Below, piece after piece: positions 37,941-50,681 of a stretch of 64,000 bases of DNA. Within the stretch, counting starts at the first letter, position 1, and each line of letters begins with the position of its first letter. The notes below the pieces were generated by a model that saw only the letters and a program-made list of their open reading frames with translations, was not told where the DNA came from and did no database searches. Source of the DNA: Callorhinchus milii (Eukaryota); assembly GCF_018977255.1 (NCBI RefSeq), contig NW_024704743.1:47494001-47558000 (forward strand). The letters are read 5' to 3'. A program made the translations under genes and the position numbers.

Positions 37941-40900
37941 GAGCAGAGAGCCCAGAGTGAACTACGCCCAGAGTGAGGCGAGGCTAGAGAGAGAAGGAAT
38001 TGGGGAGAATGGGAACTGCTCTTGTGAGCATTCAAGTGTTGTGCTACTAAAAACTGTTAAAACTGTTGATCCCATTGGTAGATTGGTCTTGTGGCAAAAC
38101 TCTACAGAGAGCAACTGTAACTGATTAGACTTAACCAATAAGAAGCAACAAACTGATTAATCACTTGACTAGGTGTTAATTCTAAATTACTGCTGACCAA
38201 TCGGAAACTGGTTGCATCCAGAGGGTATAAAACGGGGATCACTGCGAGAGCAGAGAGCCCAGAGTGAGCTATGTCTGGAGTGAGGTGAGAAGGAAATGGG
38301 TGAGAGTGGGAATTGAGTGCAGAGGGGGAAGCAGGTGTAAGGTTGTAGTATATCTTCTAATGACAATAATATAGGGATAAGAGAGTGAGAGAATGGCCTG
38401 GCAGGTGATGTGTGAGGAATGTGGTATGTGGGTGTTGATGGATGGCAACCTGAACCTGGGTGACTTCATCTGCAGCAAATGTCTGCAACTGAGGAAGCTC
38501 CAGCTTAGAATAGCTGAGCTGGAGTCTCAGGTGGAGACACTGTGCAGCATTAGAGATGGGGAGAGCTTCCTGGACAGTTTCATCCTGGAGCCAGACACTC
38601 CCCCGAGTCCCAGGGAACATTCTGTTGCCAGCCGCAGACAGGACTGGATGACGGTCAGACAGGCGGGTAAGGGGACCCAAAAGAGAGGGGCAGAGGAACT
38701 CCAGGCTTTAACCTTGTCTGACAGGTATGAAATCCTTGCAACCTGTGTGGACAAGGAAGTCTGTGAGGAAGATGGGCAAACTTACCCCAACACCTCTATA
38801 CAGGAGGCCACACAAAGGGGAATAGTCAGAAGGCATATAGTGGTAATTGGGGATGAGACAGTCAGGAAGACTGACACACTTTTCTGCAGCTGTAGCAGGG
38901 AGACCAGAAGACTCTGTTGCCTTCCTGGGGCCAGGATGAAGAATGTCACTTCCGGGCTGGAGAAAAATTTGAAGCAGGAGGGAGTGGATCCAAGTGTTAT
39001 GATTCACATAGGGACCAATGATGTAGGTAGGACCAGTAGGGACGAGTTGAGGAGCAAGTTCCAGGAATTGGGAGTTAAGCTAAAGAGTAGAACTTTGAAG
39101 GTATTAATATCGGGATTATTATCTGAGCCAGGGGCAAATTGGTACAGGCAAAAAAAATTAAAGATCTGAATACCTGGCTAAACGAGTGGTGCAGAGGGCA
39201 GGGGTTTCACTTTATGGGCCACTGGCACCAGTATTGGGGGAGACGGGACCTATTCCAAAGGAATGAACTCCACGTAAACAGGGCTGGGACAAATGTCCTG
39301 GCGACACAAATTAATAGGGAGGTAGGCAGGGCTTTAAACTATAAAGGGCGGGGGGGTAAAATCAATCACATGTAATCCGTCACAAGTAAAATTAGGACCG
39401 ATGAAAGTGGGAGAGCAGATTAATGAGGGAGATGAGCAAAGCGTGTCAAGCAGGGAAAAGAAGCCCAGGGTTAGGGTACTGGTGAATAGGACTAATAGCC
39501 TGAAGTCAGAATTAAAGGTGCTATATCTGAATGTGTGAAGCATTCGAAACAAGATAGATGAATTAACTGCACAAATAGAAACAAACGGGTATAATCTAGT
39601 AGCCATCACCGAGACATAGTTACAGGGAGATCAAGGGTGGGAGCTAAATATTCCAGGGCACGTGGTGTATAGAAAAGATAGGCAATGTGGTAAACGAGGA
39701 TGGGGGGGTGGCCCTGCTAATAAAGGGTGGGATTAAACACAGTAGAGAGGAAAGATTTTAAATCAGAAAAGCAGGAAGTAGAGTCAGTATGGGTAGAAGT
39801 ATATAACAACAAGGGGCAGAAAACTCTAGTGAGAGTAGTTTACAGACCCCTGAACAGCAGTCACAATATCTCAAGGTATAATACAGGAAAATAGTGGAGC
39901 ATGTAGCAAAGGAAAAACATTAATTGTGGGTGATTTTAATCTGCATATAGATTGGGACAACCAAATTGGGAAAAGTAAGATAGAGGAAGAGTTTATAGAA
40001 TGTATTAGAGATAATTATCTGATCAGTATGCTGAGGAGCCAACCAGGGAACAGGCCATATTAGACCTTGTTTTGTGTAATGAAACTGGAATTTAAGGTTC
40101 CTCTAGGGCAAAATGATCATAATATGATGGAATTTAGCATTAAGTTAGAGAGTAGTTAAGTCCGAAGCAAAGATCTTAAATTTAAGTAAAGCCAACTTTG
40201 CTGGTATGAGAGAGGATTTAGCTAAAATAAACTGGGAAATTAGACTTGAGAATTTGATAGTAGACCAGCAATGGCAGACGTTTAAGGAGATAGTGCAAAA
40301 TTCCCAGCGAGCACGTATTCCTTTGAGGGATAAGAATGCCACAGGAAAGGTGGCCCAACCGTGGCTAACTAGAGCAGTTAAGGAAAGTATAAAGTTAAAG
40401 GAAGAAGCCTATAAAACAGCTAAGATGATTAGTAAACCCGAGGATTGGGAGAACTTTAGGGATCAACAAAGGAGAACCAAAAAAGTGATAAAGAGGGAGA
40501 AAATGGAATATGAGCGCAAACTAGCGAGGAACATAAAGACAGACTGCAAGAGTTTTTACAAGTATATAAAGAGGAAGAGGCTGTCAAAGGTAAAAGTGGG
40601 TCCGTTAAAGGTAGAGACATGGCAGAGTCATTAAACAAGTACTTTGCTGTTGTCTTCACCTTAGAAGACACTGAAAACCTACCAAGAATAGAGGGGAACC
40701 AAGAAGACAATGTTAGTGAGCAACTTGGGGAAGTTAATGTTAGAAAAGAAATGGTTTCAGTTAAATTGTCAGATCTTAAAACTGATAAATCTCCTGGACC
40801 TGATGGCCTACATCCTAGGGTTTTGAAAGAGGTGGCTATTGAGATAGTGTATGGCGTGTCTTTGATCTTCCAAAATTCTCTGCATTCTGGAACGGTTTCC

Positions 40901-42295
40901 ATTGATTGGAAGATTGCAAACAACACCATTATTTAAGAAGGGTGGGAGAGAAAAGATGGGGAACCGTAGACCAATTTGTCTGACTTCAGTGGTAGGGAAA
41001 ATTCTTGAGTCCTTAATTAAAGTTGTCGTTATGGGATTCCTGGAAGACCATAACAAGATTAGGCAGAGTCAACATGGCTTTACAAAAGGGAAGTCAAGCT
41101 TAACTAATCTTTTAGAGTTTTTTTGAAGATGTATCTAGCAGGTTAGATAGGGGGGATCCAGTATATGTAGTATATGTAGATTTTAAAAAGGCATTTGACA
41201 AAGTGCCACACAAAAGGCTATTGCACAAGGTTGAGGCCCACAGGATTAATGGGAACATATTAGTATGGATTGAAGAGTGGCTTACGGGTAGAAAACAGAG
41301 AGTAGGGATAAACGGGTCATTCTCGAATTGGCAGGATGTGACTAATGAAGTGCCACAAGGATCAGTGCTTGGGCCTCAGCTTTTTACAATTTACATCAAT
41401 GATCTAGATGAGGACGTTGAATGTAACATATCTAAATTTGCAGATGACACTAAACTAGGTGGGAGAGTAAGCTCTGAGGATGATGCAAAAAGATTGCAAC
41501 GGGATATAGATAGGCTAGGGGAGTGGGCGAGTAAGTGGCAGATGGAATTTAATGTGGGGAAGTGTGAAGTTATTCACCTAGGAAGCAAAAATAGAAAAAC
41601 AGATTATTTTCTAGAGAGGGAGAGATTTGTTAGTGTTCAGAGGGATTTGGGTGTCCTTGTACACCAGTCTCAAAAAGTTAGTTTGCAGGTGCAACAAGCA
41701 ACTAAGAAGGTGAATAGCATGCTTGCGTTCATTGCATAAGATTTAGAGTACAAGAGTAGGGAAGTCTTGCTGCAACTGTACAGGGCCTTGGTGAGACTGC
41801 ACCTGGAGAATTGTGTGCAGTTTTGGTCTCCTTATTTAAAAAAGGACATACTTGCCCTGGAGGGGGTGCAGCGTAGATTCACTCGGTTAGTTCCTGGGAT
41901 GAGGGACTGACCTATGAGGATAGGCTGAATAAACTAGGGCTGTATTCTCTGGGGTACAGAAGAATTAGAGGAGATCTTATTGAAACATATAAGATTCTTA
42001 AAGGGCTGGATAAAGTAGACACTGAGGGACTGTTTCCACTGGTAGGAGAATCTATAACCAGGGGTCACAGTCTTAAAATTAAGGGTCAGCCTTTTAGGAC
42101 TCAGAAGGCTGTAGATGCTCAGTCCTTGAACATTTCCAAGGCTGAGACTGATAGATGTTTTTAAAAAATAGAGGGATATGGGGATAGGGCAGGTAATTAG
42201 AGTTAGGTCAGAAGATCAGCCATGATCTTATCGAATGGCGGGGCAGGCTCGAGGGGCCGAATGGCCCACTCCTGCTCCTAATTCTTATGTTCTTA
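37941..42295 (+). mobile_element. Near-full-length decayed CR1-clade LINE (5' UTR, ORF1, ORF2 APE endonuclease + reverse transcriptase)
   Basis: ORF1 38393..39169 with frameshifted continuation 39139..39375. ORF2 pieces: LKVLYLNV..AITET (APE) near 39515-39620, [30 protein letters not shown] (41203..41739). CR1 3' end cctgctcctaattcttatgttcttat. Many stops and frameshifts. Confidence 0.95.
38393..39375 (+). pseudogene. CR1 ORF1: Cys-rich zinc-finger-like N-terminus (CEEC..CSKC), coiled coil, SGNH/GDSL esterase-like domain; disrupted
   Basis: VVIGDET (expected GDS), CLPGAR, IHIGTND and NELH (expected DGLH) motifs. Frameshift in the A-run near 39150. Confidence 0.85.
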
Positions 42296-42652
42296 TATGC
42301 TTCAGTTTTCTGTAAAGTATAGTGACTAGCAACTAATTTACACAGAGCAATATCTCACAAACCGCTATGAAGTGAATGACCTTTTTTTTATCTGGAGGAC
42401 TGATGACCAGCACACCAAGAGAACCTCCCTTCTCTTTTTGAATTGTGGCATGGAAGCATTAACGTACACCTGAACAAGCAGAAAGAGCATTGGTTTAGCA
42501 CCTCATCAGAAGGATTCCACCTCCGACAATGCAGTATTCCTCCAGGACTGCACTGAAGTGCCAAGATAAGATGTGAGTTCGAACTTCCAATATGGGACTT
42601 AAACTCCAAATCTTCTAACCCAGAGGCAAGTGTACTAATTGAGCCAGGCTGA
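42296..42652 (-). mobile_element. Older DeuSINE split by the full-length CR1; its tail lies at 37880-37940
   Basis: Tail ataatccttgcattc..gaaacatctc left of the CR1 continues as atgcttcag..aatatctcacaaac..Deu-domain..head right of it. Confidence 0.8.
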
Positions 42653-43868
42653 GAGGCTATGACAGGAAGGAAAGGAAGAGTACAATTATGAAACCTTAAA
42701 ATATGATTTTTGTCCAATGTTGACCTTGCTCCAGTTTCCTCATTTTACTCTCTTAGATTCCTATATTTTGCTATGGTATACTTTCTTTTCTTAGAGTTGC
42801 ATCTGTGCCTTTTTTTCTCTTTACCTCTACTCCACATCTCTCTGGCTCTTTGTCAATTATAGTCCGCAAACTCACTTACTATAAAAATACAAATCTGGCA
42901 CAGAATTCTAGTCTGGCACAGTGGAGAGTACATTTTCCTTTGCAACTATATCATTATGCCATTAAAAGCGAAGGAAGCTTGTAAAAACTGTGGAAATATC
43001 ACCTTAGATATTCCTGAATATTACATCTGGAAAAATATTCTCAATCAATAATGTTTTCATCTCACCATTACATTTATGCACACAATGGTGAGTATATATC
43101 AATGCTTCCCTGGAGATCGATGAGAGGGCCATCAATCACAGGTGCTCCAGTGGCAAGTATGCATTTTGTTTTCTTTGCATAATCTATTAGGAGATGTCCA
43201 TTCGGTGGTTGTGCACTGGTACTTATCAATACAGATAAAGTACCATCGGTGCATTGGGTAGATTGGCTTTAGTGGAAAATAAGCATCCATATATCTTTCC
43301 CACTGTTATAATGGAAGGAAAGAGAGATTAAACTGAATGTATCCTTGTTTCCTGTTGTCATGTAAAGAACTACAACTCAACAGATCTTCAACTTCTGAAA
43401 TACCTTAATATCAGAGCATGTAAAACCAGAATTAAAGCCAAATACCAACCTCACATTGCCAAAAAAACACACTGGATATGGAGCTGCAAGATAAAATTAT
43501 TATATTTTTGTGTTTTTAGTTTCAAGGTTTATTTTGGTTTTATTTCCCAGAAATCTGATATTGTGTAAGATGCTTGATCACTAGGTATGTGATAGCATTT
43601 ATCTCCATCCCCATCTATCATCTTTATTACCACATTTTCACATTAATATAATATACTGTACTTATCAGGCAGATGTGCCCATATTATTGTAAGAAATATT
43701 TGCATTCAAAATAAACTACATACTATAGAATAAAAAGGACAACTACCTGACAATGAAGTGCAAACAATAATTCCATCTTGGGGTTCTGCTAACATTTTTA
43801 TACCACATGAGCCTTGCTCTGGTTTATGGTATGACCAAATGTGCTCAGTTCAATTCAATTACTGCCTT

Positions 43869-44221
43869 ATCCTGCAGCTCAGTGGGTAGAGCAATCGCCT
43901 TGCAAGTGAGAGATCTGGGTTCGATTCCCGGCAGGGCGAAATGTTGGGCAAATTTTCTTACTCCACACGCCTCTGTTTACCTAGCAGTAAGTAGGAACTT
44001 GGTTGTTAGTGGATTGGTGGATCACTTTTCCGGGGGTAATAATTCCTTCAAAAATATAATAATAAATTGGTCACTTCAATCCATGACTGTTTGTGGGGAA
44101 ACTGCTGTATACAATTGGCTGCTGTATTTCACCCACACAATATAGTCAATTCACTTTACACTATTCTGTGAAAGTTTGAGACATCTCAACGATGTCTCAA
44201 AGCAAGGATTATTATTATTAT
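43869..44221 (+). mobile_element. Same SINE family, long variant
   Basis: Head, ctccacacgcctctgtttacctagcagtaagtaggaac, Deu-like core, tail. Confidence 0.9.
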
Positions 44222-44899
44222 CGGCCTTGTTCGCTGCCAGATTCCTATTGTTATAGTGTGCTACATTTCAGTACAATGAAAATGGTCCAGGATGGAATTA
44301 AACAGGTTTCCATTTTATCAACCCTGAACCCTAATGCATTGGAAAATAATTGAATGATCAAGTTGGTATTTGCCAGCAAAGTGTTAATTTTAAAGCTAGA
44401 TTACTGAAATATTGTCTCCTTAAAGCACAAGCACAGACTGAATAACCTGTTTGGTGCTGTATAATCTATATAAATACATATTAAAACAATGTTCAGGGAA
44501 TCACAATATGATTGCAGTTTACAACTTATATCCTTTAACATGGTCAGTAGCTGAAAACATTCCCATGAAGCTGAACCAGGGATTTTTCTCGTAAAGTTAA
44601 ATTACATCTGCAATATCAGCAGTCGTTTGCAATCGAAATGCAATCACATCATCAGAGGAATCATTTTCTCAAGACAAACTTCTCCTCAACAAAGTAGGAG
44701 AGCTTAAAACAGGTACAAGGACAAAACAAAGATCAATGGATCACCACAACCATCTATGGAGGGGCAGGAGGTTAAAAGGCACCTCTTACTGCTCCAGCTT
44801 GATATTCCATTTCTCAAACTGCACATACTTATGAGCTAAGTGATTGCTGAATTAGTGCCAGCTTTTGAATTCGAGGGCAGTGTGTACTGTGCACTCAAC

Positions 44900-45057
44900 T
44901 CCACTGGGAACTGATTAAGTCTGCCCAGACTCATTTTGCCGAAAGTCCCTTAACAGCCAAAGTGAGGAGACTTTCATCCCATCTGTCTGGGCTAGATTCA
45001 AACCCATATCCCAGAGGTAGAAGTAAAGTGTTGTAACACTGCACCACCCAATCCCCC
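44900..45057 (-). mobile_element. Ancient SINE head resembling the LF-SINE tRNA head; second copy at about 10575-10682(-)
   Basis: ggggattgggtggtgcagtg..acctctgggatatgggtttgaatctagcccagacagatgggatgaaagtctcctc, shared by both copies. Confidence 0.55.
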
Positions 45058-47246
45058 TTGTAACTATGGTCTTTAAAGAAATTTTTTAATGTGTTTCATT
45101 TCAGTACATTGTGATGACAAAAATGTCTCTCAATGAATTTATTTTGGTTGCATGGGAATAAATTTTGTTACATAGATTAATTATTAACCTTATTTTTAAC
45201 GCAATGCAATCGCCATAAAAAATGCATTGGGAAGTCATATTTTGTTTGAGGAGAGAGGATAGCAAAGAGAAACACATATCAATTACAACATAGTAGTATC
45301 AAGGTACAAGGGATGCAGTAATCTGTTTAAATGCACCTAAAGTCAGTGAACCACGTTTTGTACAATAAATAACAGATTATTATTTTTGTCTTGAAGATGG
45401 TGTCATTTTATATTTATTTTTCTTCACTTTAGGTCTGCTTATGAAGTATACAATCATCCTCATGATGTGGCTGTATAAATGTAAATTGTATTGTATTATA
45501 ATCAGGAAAGTGAGCGGGTAACCTGCTCCAGCTCTTGAAGCAACAGCTGTAAGCAATGTGCCGGACAAGTGCTGCAGGGGCAAGTTAAACCAAGAAAAGC
45601 TCCCAAAATGGATCAACAGGAAAATAAAAATGGGTGTTGCAAAACTAAGGAATATTTACATATCTTGTGGGGAAAAGGAGGTGACCATTGGGCAAAATAC
45701 AAGACTGAACAGAAAGTGGTGAAAAAAGGAAATTTGGGGAGCCAAGATAGAACTGCAAAGGAACAAAACAGCAAATGTAAAACATAGTGCCACAAAATTA
45801 TTTTCATTTTAGAACAGTAATAGGGTGGTCAGGAAAGACATTCAATCCCTATGTTGATGGCGCTTGGGAGAGGGAGAGAGAATGAACAGGAAATAATGAC
45901 CATATTAAATGACTATTTCCTGAAGGTTTTTGCAACATCCAGCAAACACTATTTCAGCTTCAGGACCTGGATAAAAGTAAGTTGAGGCTGATTGAAAATT
46001 TGACACACGGTGAAATTACAAAGGCAAACCTTCCTCCCACCTTCCATAAGCACAATAGTTTGAAACAATAGTTTTGAATACATACTGTTATTTTTTTGCA
46101 AATGGCTTTTTTATTTAAGTTTCAAAATTACTGTATTCTACAGTAATTTGTTAGGTTACACTGCATTTGTTTACCTATTATGTTGCATTATCGACATGCA
46201 TTGTTGACAGCAAATTCTGATCAGGAGTACAATTATTCCTGGTGAGGTGTTGCAGCAGGTACAATCTCCCAAATCTATCTAATACTATACTGAGCTATCT
46301 ATCAACTGTATCTAATCTGTCTAATACTCAGATCCCTTCAGGCCTTTTTTGTAACATTCATTTGCTGGGGTGGGGGGTAATACTCACTATAATTAACTGT
46401 ATAACAAAGCATTGAACACTTTCAAAAATTGCAGCAATCTACTTGCAACAAAATATAGATAGTAAATCAACATTTGAATCAATTAATTATCACCACCAAT
46501 TATCATACCTCAAAAGTGTTCCCCCATACTACAATTTAAAGCCCTGAACACAAACTGAACTTAGAATAGTGTGGTCTAGAATAATATACTGTAAAGTAGC
46601 TGTGCAAAACAAATATATAGAGAATGATTTACAATATAAGTGTGATTTATATGACGTAAGTATAAATGATTCATAAAATTGTTATCTGCAAACCATGGAA
46701 AAGTATACTAAAAGATTTACCCATTGGCTTCTCAAATCAGTTTTCTTCAATATAGAAATATATTGGTGTGGGAAACATAAAATTATAACTGTTTAAACCA
46801 GAGAGTGAGTGGGGAGAAAAGTGAATGTAGGGATACAAAGCTTAGGGAGTATGAGAAAATTTATTCAGAGAGGAAAACAAGGACCTTACTACTAAGAAAT
46901 AGAAGAAAGAAATGGAGAGCTAGTGAGAGAGGGGGAGCCACAAAAACAGGTTCAAAATGATGATCATGTTAACTATTCTGACTTAGAAGTTTAATAATAC
47001 ATTAATTTAATTGAAAGAATAATTTTAATAAAAACTGAACAACCTACAATTGTATCTTCGTATAAAATATTGTGATGGACCATTACCAACTAATATGATT
47101 AAGGTAAAAGGATCTATGGTAATAAGGAGCATCTGCTTTACAACCACAATTACTTACATTTCAATAATTGAACACAAATATTCATACAGTAAAATGTTGC
47201 ATTTTGGCAGCTTTATGCTTATTTCTGCTCTTAGACAATGAATATT

Positions 47247-47792
47247 CAACAACCACAACAACAAATAGGACCTTTCACGTCAGGAGTACGTCCCTGGATG
47301 CTGGACAGTAAGGGATTTGGATCCAAGCTGGAGTTTAGGATTTTGAGGGGTGGAGCGTAGGGGTAGGAGGGTGGCAGAATGCGTGGTTGAAGAGGAGGGT
47401 CTTGAGACGTGCTTTGAAAGAGGCAAGAGGGGAAGCAAAATGCAAGGATGGAGTTCCAAAGGGTGGGAGCAGAGAAGCTGAAGGCCCAACCGCCGATGGT
47501 GAGGCGGGGGACATGGAGCAGACTGGACCCTGCTGAGTGGAGAGACCAGACAGGTCACAAGAGGTAGGAAGGAGCAAGGCCGTGAAGGGCCCTGAAGGTG
47601 AGGAAGAGGATTTTGAATTCTATCCTCTGAGGGATGGGGAGTCAGTGGAGCTAGGCGAGGGTGGGGGTGATGGGTTCACAGAGCCTGGTGTAGGGGAGGA
47701 CATGAGCTGCAGGGTTCTGGATGATTTGCAGCTTGTTGAGGGAACAGTTGGGAAGGCCGACAAGCAGGGAGTTGGTGTAGTCGAGCCTAGAT
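47247..47792 (-). mobile_element. L2 3' fragment
   Basis: Reverse-strand match to the L2 SRLD..QNSAA..FKARLKTLLF region and tail. Confidence 0.9.
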
Positions 47793-49033
47793 GTAATTTC
47801 AAAGCTCCTGAGTGAACATTATTATGAATAGAACTAACCTTGTAGCTGGGGTGCTTGAAAATTAGGGATAAATAAGGTTGGAAAGATGTAACTAAAGATG
47901 GGACTAGCAAAAGAGATATGATCCTTGAGTATGTATTAAATTTTAGTCTTCCAAACCTCTATAGAAATCAACGAAACCCCAATGTTTGATTACTTTATTA
48001 CACACAAGGATAGTCAGGTGGCGGCATGTAAAGTGGCATGTGGGCAACTGAGGCAATTATACAGGACAACATCTTTATGTTCTGCTCACAGACACTTATT
48101 AATATGGTTAAATACTGTAGTGGACGTTATGCACTGCAGAGGCCATTTCTGGCTGCTAAGGATGGGTGGTGTCCAGTCACATTGTCTTTGTGGATAGAGG
48201 CCATCTAGTTTTGAGTGTAGCGGAGTATTCATTTTCAGTTTTGTTTATCTGAACCAGAACTATTAGCACTGCTGTAGTTTCAATCTAACAATGACAGGCC
48301 TTAATTGCACTCTTGTGGCAAGAGCTGAAAATCACTCGGTGAGTTGATATGAATACAACCTATACACCTTGCGGAGCAGTATATCACATTCCTCCCTTCA
48401 CTCTCCTCCATCCATGCCTTTGGTTTGTTTTTGGTCAGCTTGGGTGTCTGATACATGTTGAAACAAATCAATGTGCTTAAGAGTATCCAAACCACACAGA
48501 GTTCCAGGTATGTAGATGGCATACAGATCTGGAAATTTCCCTGCATCTGAAATAAAATGTGCAATCTCTCCCTGAAAGGGCACATCCTGCTTACCTGATT
48601 TTGGAATGTGTTGGGTGTAACTTGGCTGAAATTCCCACTCCCTACCACTTTATTTCATTCCGTCTCTTTCTGTCTGTTCTGGCCTCAAATCTTACCTCTT
48701 TGACACGCCAATGCCAACTTCCTCCTACCCACCCCCATCTCCACTCATTCTCTCTTGAGATTAATGTAAATTGTTGTACTTTGGAGTATCCCTGATATCT
48801 TGGCCTACCAATTAATGCCAGTATTCTTTTGGCATAGGCAAGTAGGGCATAGCCCCCGCCAGGGAGGAGATGTGTAGCCCAATTTTATTTCAATGATTGG
48901 TACTGGAGGTTGTTAAGCACTGAAATAAGTGCTCTGGGACACTACCCTGTGTGAGGTGTGCTATATAAATGCAAATAGTTGCTGTTGGGTTTCTGTACAT
49001 GAGAGATACCTGTCTTACAAAATAGTGCATCTG

Positions 49034-50681
49034 CTATATACGTTTTGTATTGTGGTGATATTAAGTGTCACTTTCAGTGCAGCATGACAAAGCAGCTTGT
49101 ATTTCATACAGTCCATTCCAGTACTTGGGGAAGGAGAAAAGTGAAGAACACAGGGTCCTACAAATGTATAATTGTTTAACAATATATTAAAATCCAAATA
49201 ACATAACATGTAAGAGCAGGAGTAGGCCATTTGGCCCTTCGAGCCTGCCCCGCCATTTAATCATGGCTGATCTTCTAATCTAACTCCAGCTAATAACATA
49301 GCCCTGCCATATCCCTTAATCCCTTTTGCAATAAGAAATATATCTATCTCAGTCTTGAATATGTTCAAGGACTGAGCGTCAATAGCCCTTTGGGGTAGCG
49401 AGTTAAATGCTAATTAATATTATTTGAAAACCAGAAGAGTGCCAATCAAGACACAAATGATTCAATGACCTTGTTTGTGGTCACAAACTGAGGCATTTTT
49501 TTCACATTCATATTAGTTTTCCAAACACCATCTTCTAAATTAAGGCAAAGTTTAACAATTTTCCCAAATTCTGCACAAACTTCATTTTAAACTAATAGAT
49601 GAATGTTTATGATTTTGAGTCTTATACTTTCTCTGAGATAAAGGTCTCTGCATACATTGTAATGCAACAACTTCAAAGTTTATTTCCCCGTCCACTTTTA
49701 TTCTCTTTGGATACAACACTATAATAATAGTTTATTTCTAAGTTCTGTTTACATTTGGATAACGTTCAATGTTCAAATAAGCAAATGTATCACTATAAAC
49801 TCAACTGAGCAGGATGTAGTTGCATAGAACTCCACTATATATCTGATCATTGAAGTAGCAACAACAATAACAAATTTACGTCACTTTTCATGTCGGGAGG
49901 ACGTCCCAAGTAATACTTACTTACTCAAGAAAACTATACAACCTTTTTCTTTATTTTTTAAATATTTCAATCAAATGCAAGGGAATCAATGTTCACTTTA
50001 TACTATCTGAAACATTGCCTAAAATTGATGTTGACTGTCATGCATTGGGATGCACAACCTAACTCATTAGTGTACTAAAGAGGAAACCAAGAATTGGACC
50101 TTATACTATACTTTAACTTGTTTGATCTTTTAGGTCTGTGATTAATATTACCTTGATGTTTTTTTTTGATAATTTCAACAAAGCTTGTAATGCTTAATTT
50201 ATGTAAGCTGCAGGGCAATTTATCATTGGTATATGTAATGGAGCTCCTATGTGTTGCATGAACGATATCTGGATACAATTATAAAGGGGAATTGAGGTGC
50301 CAGTGGCAATATTATAGCTACTACTGTATTATTACTCCCATGGTTACATTTCTTCCATTCCTCCCACTCTTGTATTCAATAAATAGAGAATCTTCCTTCT
50401 TCTGGGAAGTTCTCCTTTGGGTTAAACTGGCTCAAAGGTGATGTGCTTGCCAATAGAATGTCGTAATTGCATCGACACTCTGTAGCAGTCTCAGAAGTCG
50501 AATTCCTGAGCAGTATTCCAAGATACTATTATTTGGATTTTAATATAGTTTTAAACAATTGTACATTTGCAGGACTCTGTGCTCTTCATTTTTCTCCTTC
50601 CCCAAGTACTGGAATGAACAGTGTGAAATACAAGCTGTTTTGAAAGTGACACTATATCACCACAGTACAAAAAGTATATAG
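49034..50681. repeat. Imperfect inverted repeat, arms of about 155-165 bp (49034-49200 / 50529-50681)
   Basis: For example cattccagtacttggggaaggagaaaa / ttttctccttccccaagtactggaatg and tatattaaaatccaaata / tatttggattttaatata. Confidence 0.93.
49200..49404 (-). mobile_element. CR1 3'-end fragment, same subfamily as 14916-16619
   Basis: Close match to about 14920-15133. Confidence 0.9.

Noticed and set aside
43214..43255. Short hairpins (also at about 18507-18526 and 23047-23071)
   Set aside because: Stems of 8-12 bp in AT-rich DNA could arise by chance; not terminators.
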